This document shows positions 24,697 through 35,363 of a stretch of DNA of 64,000 nt, piece after piece. The position numbers and the translations under genes were made by a program. The DNA is from Vitrella brassicaformis CCMP3155 (lineage: Eukaryota > Protista > Chromerida): assembly GCA_001179505.1 (NCBI GenBank), contig CDMY01000295.1, positions 310,001 through 374,000 of the forward strand. The letters run 5' to 3'. Under the pieces are notes generated by a model that was not told where the DNA came from, searched no databases, and was given only the letters and a program-made list of their open reading frames with translations. Numbering within the stretch: the first letter of the stretch is position 1; each line of letters begins with the position of its first letter.

Positions 24697-26478
24697 TCAG
24701 TCGATGCCCAGCGACACAAACAGTCCGCTCCTGGACAGACGCCCCAGCTGCCCCCACTCGAACTGGCAGTCCTGGTCGCCCAGGTGCTCATTGAAGCCCT
24801 TCACCACCCCCACCAGACCATGCTGCGCCGCCTCGTCCAGCCAGGCCCGATGGATAACCTCACGGACACCCGTCAGCACCACACGGCCGCCACTGTCGCG
24901 CACGGCGAAGCACTGCAGCGGAGGCACGGTCACCTTGACGCGCTTGTCGCCCTGCTGCTGGTATCTCGTCCCGCCCACCACCTCCCCGTTGCTGCTCGTG
25001 TGAGTGGCCGCCGACTTGACGAAGTGGGCGACGGCCGCCTTGACGCGCCGCCTCAGCAGCGAGTCACCGATCAGGTACTCGTCGATGGCCGCCGGAGCCG
25101 CCGAAGGCTCGTGCAGGAAGGCGCCGATCTTCCATGCGATGGCCTCTGCCTCGTGTGGTCCGAATGCCATGTTGGAGGGGGAGGGGTGGGGGTGGGCGCC
25201 GTCGTGGTGGGGGGCCAGGGGCAGCAGACGGGCCAGAAGCATCGAGTGGTCGCGCTGAGGGGCGAGGGCGGCGTTGATGGCCGACATGGTCACATCGGAC
25301 AGCTCATTCAGCACTGTGGTGTACTCGGACAGCACCAGCTGGCGCTGACGGTGGTACTCTTCGGTGTCGTTGGGCATGCGGCTGATCGATGGCGCAGCCC
25401 CGGCCCGCAGCAGCGTCCGGATGATGGTCTTGTGGTGGCGGACGGACCTCTCGTACCGCTCCCTATGCGCCTCTGTCTCCTGCTGCTGCTGCTGCTGCTG
25501 CTGTCGGATGAAGCGATCGAGCCCTGCGGCAGCGTTTGCGAGGGGTGTGATGCCAGGATGAATCGCGCTCCCCAAAGCTCCCCAACTGGGGCTCCCTCTG
25601 TTGATGTCCTCGGCTGTGAGCAGGCGGCACAGCCAATCAGCCACATAGGGGGAGCCACACCGTGCCGCCATGTGCAGTGGTGTCCTGCCGTAGCGTGTTG
25701 CCGTCATTTCGGCGCCGTGGCTGGTGATGAGGTCCAGGTACTGGTCGATGAACTGCTGGGAAAAGACAAGATGGCTCATGGCTGCCAAGTGGACCAGATT
25801 GTCTTCACCGGACCGCTCCGTTGCGAGTGTCCCGTCGTGTTGGATGAGGCGGCGATAGATGGACATGAGGGCATCCTCGTACTCACGAGTGAGGGAGAGG
25901 ACAGCATTGGCAACGTAGGGGACCCGCATCACCGCAAAACCCCGCACGTTGGGGTTGCGTGGCAGGAGGGTCTCCACCGCAGTCAGATTGCCCGCCACAA
26001 CGGCCACCATAATGGGCCTTATCGTCTCATTATAGTCTCTCTCCTCATTAACGTCCGCCCCGCCGTCGATGAGTGCAATGAGGATGTCAAGCTGCAGCTT
26101 ACGGGAGGGCCACTGTGGAAGGACAACGGGCAGAAAATGGACGCCCAACCCATCAGAGCGTTCCGCAAGGACGCTTGGGCCGTTAGTCGGGCTGTCGATG
26201 GCGAAAGCCAGGCAGCTGTATCGCTGCCGAGACGGAGGTAATGTGGTGCCGTGGACACGAAGGCCGCCGCAGGATCTCGGGTCGGCTCCTTGGCGGAGCA
26301 GTTGTGTGACCTGGCTGGCCTCGCGGAAGGTGCGCCGAATGCAGCCCTCCAACAGCTGCTGACTCAGAGGACTGACGCCCTCGTAAGGGATGATGTCGAC
26401 GGCATCCAGCGTCTTGCAGCCGGGCGGCACCGCCTCCGTGTGAGGTGCTTGCGGTGCGGCAGACGACGACTGAGCCAT
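24697..26478 (-). CDS. Ankyrin-repeat protein, copy 2 (intronless CDS, ~593 aa, poly-Q)
   Basis: Paralogue of 3594-5312 with the same motifs and the same upstream UTR intron. (CTG)n tract near 25481-25503 encodes Q8. Confidence 0.87.
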   Translation of the reverse strand: MAQSSSAAPQAPHTEAVPPGCKTLDAVDIIPYEGVSPLSQQLLEGCIRRTFREASQVTQLLRQGADPRSCGGLRVHGTTLPPSRQRYSCLAFAIDSPTNGPSVLAERSDGLGVHFLPVVLPQWPSRKLQLDILIALIDGGADVNEERDYNETIRPIMVAVVAGNLTAVETLLPRNPNVRGFAVMRVPYVANAVLSLTREYEDALMSIYRRLIQHDGTLATERSGEDNLVHLAAMSHLVFSQQFIDQYLDLITSHGAEMTATRYGRTPLHMAARCGSPYVADWLCRLLTAEDINRGSPSWGALGSAIHPGITPLANAAAGLDRFIRQQQQQQQQETEAHRERYERSVRHHKTIIRTLLRAGAAPSISRMPNDTEEYHRQRQLVLSEYTTVLNELSDVTMSAINAALAPQRDHSMLLARLLPLAPHHDGAHPHPSPSNMAFGPHEAEAIAWKIGAFLHEPSAAPAAIDEYLIGDSLLRRRVKAAVAHFVKSAATHTSSNGEVVGGTRYQQQGDKRVKVTVPPLQCFAVRDSGGRVVLTGVREVIHRAWLDEAAQHGLVGVVKGFNEHLGDQDCQFEWGQLGRLSRSGLFVSLGID

Positions 26479-27142
26479 CACGCCAAGCAACACCCTGCAC
26501 ACACAGACACAGATCACAAAGTCACGCGTCATCCCTCCGATCCAACACAGTGTTGCTGACGCACCAGTCGAGATGATCACACTTCTTCCGTGCCGTCACA
26601 CACGTGCCGCTAGCTGCGGAAGTCGATGTCACGAGTCGGCGCGATGTGAACGAACTGCCACGGCGGGGCGCACATTTGGATGCTGTCTTGTGTTGTCAAT
26701 TTGTGTGTTGTCTGTCTTGTGCCACGCATCCTACCGGGAGGCAAGTGTATTGAGACACCAGTGCTGCTTCGCCTCTGCTGATCGATGCCTTCACCCTCTT
26801 CGATGATGCTTGGGCAGCAGGTTCGGATGCTGGGCGAGGTGCGAGCTTGGAAGTGGATGATCTCGCAGAGAGCTGCCCTTCAGCCGTCTTCGCCTGCAGA
26901 GCAACAATCGCAGCCGTTTGTGAAGCAAAGCAGCAGCGTCAATTGCTTCGCGCGCCGGGGCGAGTGACGACAACGCGGACCCTTTGCTTGTGAGTCCGTG
27001 CCAGCACACCCAGACTGCCTTGCTTGCTCGGCCGGCGAGTCCGAGTGTGTCTTGTTCGTCCGCCACCACGTTGCGGCGTCGACAGCGTCGTGCCCTCGCC
27101 CCTCCCCGCGGGAGCACGAACAATTCCTCCGCGACCGCCGAT

Positions 27143-30100
27143 ATGCCGCTCAAAGAAGCGGAGAAGGAGGCCGTGCAGCGCAAGATACTCAACTCGGCCC
27201 TCCCAGACAGCCACCTCCACGTCAAGTTCCTCAACGAGAACGAGACCCACTACCTCACACTCAAGATCTTCCTCGAGGACAAGGACGAGAAACGCTTCCT
27301 CCAGTATGTCGAGACCCAACTCAGACCCGAAAAAGCGCCAGGTGCGGGGCGCAGAAGAATGGACACCGACTGAGCTGACACACGGAGGGAGGGAGGGAGG
27401 CGGGCGCAATGGTTGATGGGATGGGTGGGCGGCAGGAGGCAATTGCTGTGGTGTGGTGTGGTGTGGTGTGCTCTGTGTGTGTGGTTGCGTTGCAGGTGCG
27501 CTTGACATCAACGCGCAGACTTCATCGCGCACCCGCAAGCTGCGGTCCTTCACGCCCGTGGAGCAAGACAGCAGACTTGCACAGGTCGGTTGGTCAGACA
27601 GGCAAGACACACACACGAGATCTGATCGATCACGCGATTGTGTTTCTTTCCTGTGCAGGTGTTGGAGAACTCAGAGGCGTTCACCAAGGAGGCATGGGCC
27701 AATTTTTTGGTCAGCATCGATCGATGGCACGCCACGCGAGCTGCGGCCATCTCTGGCCACCATTCGCGTGGTGTCGTGTCCTGTGTGTGTTGTGACACTG
27801 ATTGATTTGATTGCAGAAGTTCGACAAGAACCAGGACAAGTGCCTCGACCTGCAGGAGGTCAAGCAGCTGGTGCAAAGACTGTGCCACAACTTCAACGTC
27901 ACCATCGACCTGCAAGACGGTACACGAGTCCACACACACCGCGGCGGAATGGCTGAGGCACCAACGCGCGCTTCTGTGCTCTCTCTGTGCTCATCTCTCC
28001 CATCAGAGAATGCTCTCTGGCAGAGGATGCAGCACTTCGACCGTTCGGGGGACGGCAAACTGCAGTTCCAAGAGTTCGTCGAAATGGTGACCTGACCACG
28101 ATCGACCGGCCAGACAGCGCAAAAGACGTAGCAGCACATTCACCTGCCTCCATGCATGTGTTTGTGTGTCTTTCGTGGCTTAGTTCCGTGAGTTGGTCCG
28201 TGAGGTGGGTGAGGCGCTGGAGCGCAGCAAGCAGCGGGTGCCGGAGCTCAACTCGTCATCGTCGTCTGGCTCCACCCACTACCCCAACTCCAGACGGCAG
28301 GACGGCAGCGCTGCCGGCGGGTCCTCGCCAAACGCCTCCATGATGAACGGCTTCCCCGGCAAGAAACGCTCGGGGCTCGGCGGCATGAGGAGCGTCCCCA
28401 TCGTGCAGCTGCAAAACAGACGGATCGAAGGTGCGCGGCGTGTCGGGGGGCGTGGGAGAGAGTATCGGTGGATTAAGAAGCGGTTTGTTCTGTTGTCTGT
28501 GTCTGTGTCTGTATGTGTAGAGTATTATGAGATAGAGGACGAGGTCGGTCACGGCAAGTTCGGGAGGGTATTTGCAGCCAGACAAAAGAGGTGAGACCGA
28601 TAGAGAGCGAGAGACCACACGACATACACTCTCGTCATGTATACTGGCTGGCTGTGTGCGTGTGTTGGATTGGATTGTCAGTTCGGGTGCGCTTCACATC
28701 TGTAAGGTGATCGTCAAGAAGACCAACGACGTGTCCATCGCCGATATGGAGCACCTGATACAGGTGCGTACTTGACCTCCGCAGAAACACGCCCACCACT
28801 CGTGCGCACCATATTGTGTGTATGGAAAATTGGTCAGGTTGAGGTGGAGATCATGCGTTCGTTGGACCACCCCCACATTATCAAGGTCCTCCAGGTCTTC
28901 GAAAACGAAACATACGCCTACATCATCATGGAGTAAGCGGAGCCAGCCGAGACAACCACCAGCACACGCACTCACGGGCGACCATCGTGTGTGTGTATGA
29001 TAGGACGTGTGAGGGCGAGACGTTGCTGCGAGCGACGTGGCATCGTCTGTTCAAGGAGAAGCGCATCTGCCCCTTCTCTGAGGACGAGGCCTCCCGCATC
29101 ATCGGCCAGCTGCTCAGCGCACTCGCACACGCCCACCACAACAGAGTCGTCCACAAGTGAGTGAGGATGACGATGACAACCGACACACAAAGTGAAGTGA
29201 ACCCGCGCAGCGCACCATGGCACCATGGCTGGCCTGGCTCGCTGGTTGTCTGTCTGCAGGGACGTGAAGCCCGAGAACATCATCTTTGTGCAGAAGGACT
29301 ACGGCGAGGTGCAGAAAGACTTCGCCTCGCCCATCAAACTCATCGACTTCGGTAAGTACACATCCCCCCTGCACACAGACAGGGAGAACGAAGGCAGATC
29401 ACTAACTTGTGTCCATCCATCCACTGCGTGTGTCGTCATTCATTGTCTCTGTCAGGGTTGGCCGAGCGCATCCCGCCCGACCGCAGTCACTGCCGCAAGC
29501 GGGGCGGCACTCTGCAGTACTTCCCTCCTGAGGTCTTCGGCGAAAAGTCTAGACTCGACTTCAAATGCGACGTCTGGTTAGCAGAGGAGAGCGAGCGACA
29601 CACCTTCATAGCTATGGTGGAGAGGGGGAGAGATCTGTTTTGTTTGTGGTGTGGATGTTCTCAGGGCTGCTGGTGTGGTCTTGTACATTTTGTTGACCGG
29701 TGCGATGCCGTTCGTGCCGGTCAAGCCCAAGAATGACCACGAGACGCAGCAACTCATACGCGACATCACCGAAGGTACGTCCCGGGCCGCGCCCTGTCCA
29801 CGAAAGACAGACTGACCCTCATCGACTGGTGTCCGATTTGTGTGTCTGTGTGCGTGTGTGTTTGTGTGTGTGCAGGCACCCCAGACGCGCTGAAGCCGAG
29901 CCCGCGCAACCTGACGTGGCTGAGTGCCGACGCCATCGACCTCCTTAAGAGGATGCTCAACAAAGACCCCTCAGAGAGGCCACACGCCACTGAGGTACAC
30001 ACGCACACACTGACACACAGACACTGACCGACAAGACACAAAGGGATACGCCAACGGACACACCAATCGTCATGCACGCTGCTTGTGTGTGTGTGTGTGT

Positions 30101-31376
30101 GGTGTTGATGATCAGCTGCTGTCCCACCCGTGGCTGCGTCGGGTTCGTCAGAAGCATGACGAGGCCTCCCCAGCCATCACGCCAGAGCTGCTCGCCAGGA
30201 TGAGGGTCAGTCAGTCGAGTGCAAAGCCAACCACGTCAATCACCCACACTCATCATTCCCCCTCTGTGTGTGTGTGTATGTTTTCTTCAGGCGTACACGC
30301 GCGACTCGGAGCTCAGAAAGGCCCTCAAATACCTCATCGTACGGCAAACCGATCCAACCAACGTCCCTCACACAGCCGTCTTGTCTTGGACACGTCCGTG
30401 GGATGTTTGTTGTGTTATGGTGTGTGTTGTGTTGCGTTGGTTGCCAGGCGCACAGTTTGGACCTGAAGCTGCCGGTGGTGCAGGAGATCTGGCGGGCCTT
30501 CGACCAGGTCGACAGAGGCGTCCCGGACGGGGCACTTTCTGTCAGGGAGCTCTCTACCGGTGAGTAAAGCAAGCCGTCTGCCGATGTGCCATTCATTCCA
30601 TCCACCCCTCCATCTGTCCATCTGTATGTGTGTGGACGATGTGTGCAGCGCTGCGTCAGGCTGGTGCGCCCGAGACTGAGATCCATCAGATCATCGAGGC
30701 CCTCGACGTCACCAAGGACAACAGCGTGGAGTTCACAGGTCAGACAACTGCTACGACAGCACAGCCACACGCACCGCCACAGGCAGCAGCCTGAACATGC
30801 TCTGCTCTGTTGTGGTTGATGCACCTCATCAGAGTTCCTGGCTGCGTGTTTGCCGTGGCGCCGTGAGTCGATGGAGGAGCTCAAGGCCGAGGTCATGTCG
30901 GCCTTCTACACACTCGACACGGTTGGTGTGGAGGGGGGGAGGGAGGGAGGGAGGGAGGGAAGGAGAGATTGAGGGGCGGGTGGGTGGCTGCACACGACGG
31001 TCACCCAAGTGTGTCCCTCTGTGTGTGTGTGTGTGTATGTGTGTGTATGTGTGTGTGTGTGTGCAGGATGGTGACCAGCAGGTCACCCGGGATGAGTTTG
31101 CCCTGGGGCTCTTCAAATGTGAGCTGGGACACCAACACACACACTGATCCCTCCCTCATCTGTCTGTGTTGGTCGGTCGGTTGTGTGTGTGTGTGTGTGT
31201 GGTTGGTTGTCGCAGGTCACTACATGAGTTTGCACCCCCGTCAGAAGTACCTCATCGGTCTGATCGATAAGGATGGCGACCACGTCATCCAGGCGGCCGA
31301 GTACTGGGCGTACGTCGACAGACTGTGCAGAGAGCTCAGCGAAAACGCCATCGACGACACGCAGATCGTACAGTGA
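27143..31376 (+). CDS. CDPK: Calcium-dependent protein kinase with two extra N-terminal EF hands (CDPK6-like architecture)
   Basis: N-terminal EF loops DKNQDKCLDLQE and DRSGDGKLQFQE. Kinase motifs VGHGKFGRV, ICKVI, HKDVKPEN (spliced), DFG, GTLQYFPPE, CDVW. Junction helix SELRKALKYLI, then four C-terminal EF-like loops (DVTKDNSVEFTE, DTDGDQQVTRDE, DKDGDHVIQAAE and one with an insertion). Confidence 0.92.
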
Positions 31377-31678
31377 CTGACTCACTCACTGACTGACTGA
31401 GTCACTCACTGAATGAGCGACGGAGAGAGGGCGGGAGGGAGGGGTGGTGAGTGAGTGAGTGGGTGAGTGTAACACACTCACCCAGCTTCCCACACACGCA
31501 CCCATCACCGATTTGTTGCTGTGTATCGCATTTGCTTTCCGGTGGGCTCGATGGACCGATGGATGGATGGATGGACGGATGGATGGTTTTCTCAACTCAC
31601 TGCCTATACCCTTCCTGTCCCATGTCTGTCATGTGTGCGTCCTGTCCTCTTCTGAGCCAACGAGTGGATGGAGTGCAT

Positions 31679-31716
<38 letters not shown>

Positions 31717-34559
31717 CACAGAGAGTGCCGTACCAGTCAACGCTTTTTGTGAATCAGGGAGAGAGGGAGAGAGGGAGGGATACATCTAAGCAGAGAGAGA
31801 GAGAGAGAGGGAGAGCGGGAGAAGGGCCGCTGTCTCTCTATCTACTGTGTCCGGCTATGCTATGCGGCTTGTGAAGTGTAGAGTACACGCACGACTGAGG
31901 GAGGGAGGCAGGGAGGGGGGTGTCGGTAATACAGACAGACAGGACAGCCGCCACCAGCACACAGCGGTGCGTCGTGGGCGTGGCGTGTGGGAGTGGGGGG
32001 TGAGGTGAGCCATCAGGTCGGTAGGGTAGGTAGCGAATTAGTCGGTGTGCACTTTTTGCAGGCGGGGCCATCTTATCCGAGTGAATGAATGATTGTTCAG
32101 TGTGTCTTGTAACTAAGAGTGAGTCACTGACTAACTAACTAAGTAACGTAGCCAACTACCTCCGTGACTCCCTACCTGCTGCCTGTCTGTCTGTCTGCCC
32201 GCCTGCCTGCCTAACGAGAGAAGGAACGGTCCGAGCCCTAGGGCCGTCGTTCCTTCTCCTCTTGCTGGTGGATGGATGGATGATACTTGTACGGACCCAC
32301 CGACACAGACCATCTCACTCACGTACCGTACCTGGCTCCTTCCTTCCCTCTCATGCTGGCTGGCTGGCTGGCTGGATGGATGGGTGGGTGGGTGGGTGGA
32401 AGGTTGGAAGGTTTTTTCTTCTTCATCGCATCGCTGCTGGCTGCCGAGCACACACGTCAGTGGGTGCATTTCTCTCACCCACACGCTGATCCGATCCAAC
32501 CACTGCCTTCAAGCCACCCATCCACATGCACCCATCGCATACATTTCCCTCCCTCCCTCTCCCTCCCTCGTTCGCTCATCCTGCCTGCCTGCGTGCTCGT
32601 GGTTTGTCCACCTGCCCGGCTGCCTGGCTGCCTGTCATTGATTCACTGATGCTGAATGGATGGATGGATGGAGTATTGAGAGGTTTTGCGTTTGCCCCCT
32701 TGCGCCGTCTGGTTTCCTTCGTTCTGGTGAATGAATCAATTCGCTCAAGTTATCTATCTATCTCTTCCCGTCTGCCGTCTTCTAGCTGGCCAATCAGAGT
32801 TTTTGGTCATCGCTCTTTTATTTCGGCCTGCCTTGCCTCCCTCCCCTGTGTGTCACGTCCGTCTATGCGTGTCTGTCTGTCTGTCTGTGTTTGGGGTCGT
32901 CACAAGTGCGTGACTGACTTGACTGACTGCATCTTGAATGTCCCATTTCCTTCATCCATCTATCCATCCATCCCTCGGTCCATCGAGTCGAGTGAGAGTG
33001 TAGGTAGACACACGACACGACCCCGCCCCCCGTCTGTGCGTCCGTCCTTTCGTGGCCATGTGGTGCTCTTTTTCAGTCGTGCCGACCACTGCTTTCTCTG
33101 TCGTCTCTCTGTCTGGTGCGGCATGGCTGGCGCGACACATGCAATGCACGGATGACACCCTCGCACGCCGCTTTCCTCTGTCCAGTCGGGCTCTTTGTGC
33201 CCCCCCACCCCAACTCCCGCTCTGCTCTTGCCTTCCTTCCTCGCTCTCTCACCCCGCCCCGCCCCTCTCTCCTCTAAAGAGCTCTCCCTCCTATCGCACG
33301 GATGGACAGACACCTCGATCGCATACACATAGACAGACAGACATAGAGGTAATGTGTCCATTACGTCTGTGTACTGAATGACTGATATCGTGTCGTGCCT
33401 ACTTGGGTGTGTGGGTCTTTAATCAAGGGCTCCCTCTCCGCCCGCCTGGATGCCCTCCTGACTCTCTGCCTGCCTATCAGTCTATCGTGTGTGTGTGTGT
33501 GTGTGACCTGTGTGTGTGTGACCTGTGCGTGTGACTGATGCTCACATGCGTGATGTCGTGCGTGTGTGTGCGTCTGTGTGTGGATCGGATGGATGCGTGT
33601 GGCGTGTTCGTACCTACCTACCTACCTGCCGAGTGAGTGAGTGAGTCTTTTTGCACCTTGAGGCCATCCATCCATCATCCTTTTCTCCTCCTATACATTC
33701 TAAGTACCCTGCCGTACTCCACCCACCGGTGTGCCTCTCCCCACCAGGCACACCCCGATCGGGCAACTGACAGGCAACTGGGCGATTGAGTGGATGAGTG
33801 AATGTCTGTCTACAGTGTGCTCTTACAGGGAGGGAGGGAGGGAGGGAGGGGGGGTGACCTGACCGAGCGACAGACCGACAGTCAGATTACTGCGTGTGTA
33901 ACATTTGGACAGCCTCTGCTTGCTTGCCTGCCTGTGTGTGTGCGTGTTGTGGTCATGTCCTGCCCGTGTGAGCTGTCAATTCACTTGGTGCTGCTGGTGG
34001 GTCGATCCCTCAGTAGAGCAGAGCTTTCACGCATCGTCGTTAGGTCTCGTTCGTTCGTTCAAGTGCCGGCCATCCACATGCACACTCATGCGTCATCCAC
34101 TCCACAATGCAGCGAGCAAGCCAGCCGTTCAATCCACACACACGCACACACACACATACACACACACACACAGAGCCACTCAGATGTCCTTCAGGCTCCA
34201 TTCCAACACACACACGCACCAGAGGGAGGGTCGCAAAAATCGTGTGTCGAGGCGCGCTACTGTCTCTCTGTCTGTCTGTCTGTCTGTCTGTCTGTGAGAG
34301 AGAGGGACAGAGAGAGACAGAGAGTCGGGAAAGGAAGACAACAAAAAACGGCAGCAGTCCATCACACAAACAGAATCCCACAAATCCTCCATCCATCCAG
34401 CAATTCCAGGCATTGCTTACTCTCACAGCCATTCCCCCGCCCAGCCAGCCATGTCGTATGGATGGATAGATGGATGTGCGGTCGTTGGCTACTTCGATTG
34501 TGTCACGGCGTCGTTGTGTTGGTGTGTTAGTGTAGCTATGTGCGTGGTGGGTTAGTCAC
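31377..34559. repeat. Microsatellite-rich intergenic region: (GA)n, (TG)n, (GGAT)n, (GACT)n, (GGGA)n
   Basis: No coherent exons; ORFs translate as simple-repeat peptides. Example: (GA)n at 31681-31712. Confidence 0.7.
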
Positions 34560-35315
34560 TTAGTTGCGTCGGGCGCGCTTGGCGCAGTGGCCGTCGGGCG
34601 GCTTGGCGGGGCCGGGGCCGGCCGGGCCGGGCGCCTTCTTGGCGGGTGCCTTGGCCTTCTTGATGGACTCGTGGGGGATGCCGAACAGCAGCACGTGGTC
34701 GTTGTTCCTGCACACACACATCACAAAGCCGCCGACACTCATGGGGGGGCCGCCGACCCACATGAGACATCTCATGCGTGTGTGCACTGTGTTGTGTTGT
34801 GTTGTGTTGTGTTGTGTTGTGTTGTGCACTTGGTGAAGCCCATGCCCATGTGCGTCCAGCCGTCCGACATCTGGAGACCGATGCGAAAACGCCACTCCTG
34901 CACACACATACATGCAAGCGACACATCATAACGCCACCATTGCAGATGAACATAACATAAAACAGCTAGCCCCAGTGCATCTCCCCCGTGGACGTGGTGC
35001 ATGGCCATGCAGGCCCTACATACCGCCTTCCTACGTACCGCCTCGGTGAGGATGACAGGACCGCCATTGCTGCTGGTATCGATGCCACTGGCAGCCTTCT
35101 CACGCAGAATCTCCTTCAACACCTTGTAGCCCTACGCATGCACACAGCACAGCCCTCATGATGCAATCAATGCATGGTCGGAAGAGATGGATTAGTTTGT
35201 GAGTGCTCACGGGTTTGTGGAGCTCCACAAGACGCCACTCGCCCCAATCGTCAGCCATGCGCTCGCCATACGAGGCGACAAGAGCACCCACCTGCCGCAC
35301 TTTCTCGTTGGGCAT
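34560..35315 (-). CDS. CKS1: Divergent Cks1/Suc1-like CDK regulatory subunit (4 exons)
   Basis: Spliced protein MPNEKVRQVGALVASYGERMADDWGEWRLVELHK...ILTEAEWRFRIGLQMSDGWTHMGMGFTKNNDHVLLFGIP... aligns colinearly with Cks YSDKYxDxxxEYRHV...LxEEEWRxLGVQQSxGWxHY...EPHILLFRRP. Confidence 0.75.
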
Positions 35316-35363
35316 GACGCAGCCGCTCCGAGACCCGTAAACTTCTATTTCAAAGCTCGCGCC
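35316..35363. promoter_or_regulatory. 48-bp spacer between the divergent start codons of the Cks-like gene and pgtA
   Basis: ATG at 35315 (-) and first in-frame ATG at 35364 (+). Confidence 0.65.

Noticed and set aside
35199-35363. N-terminal extension of pgtA from GTG at 35199
   Set aside because: No ATG in the extension; it is the antisense of Cks-like exon 1, and the GT74 motif starts right after ATG 35364.
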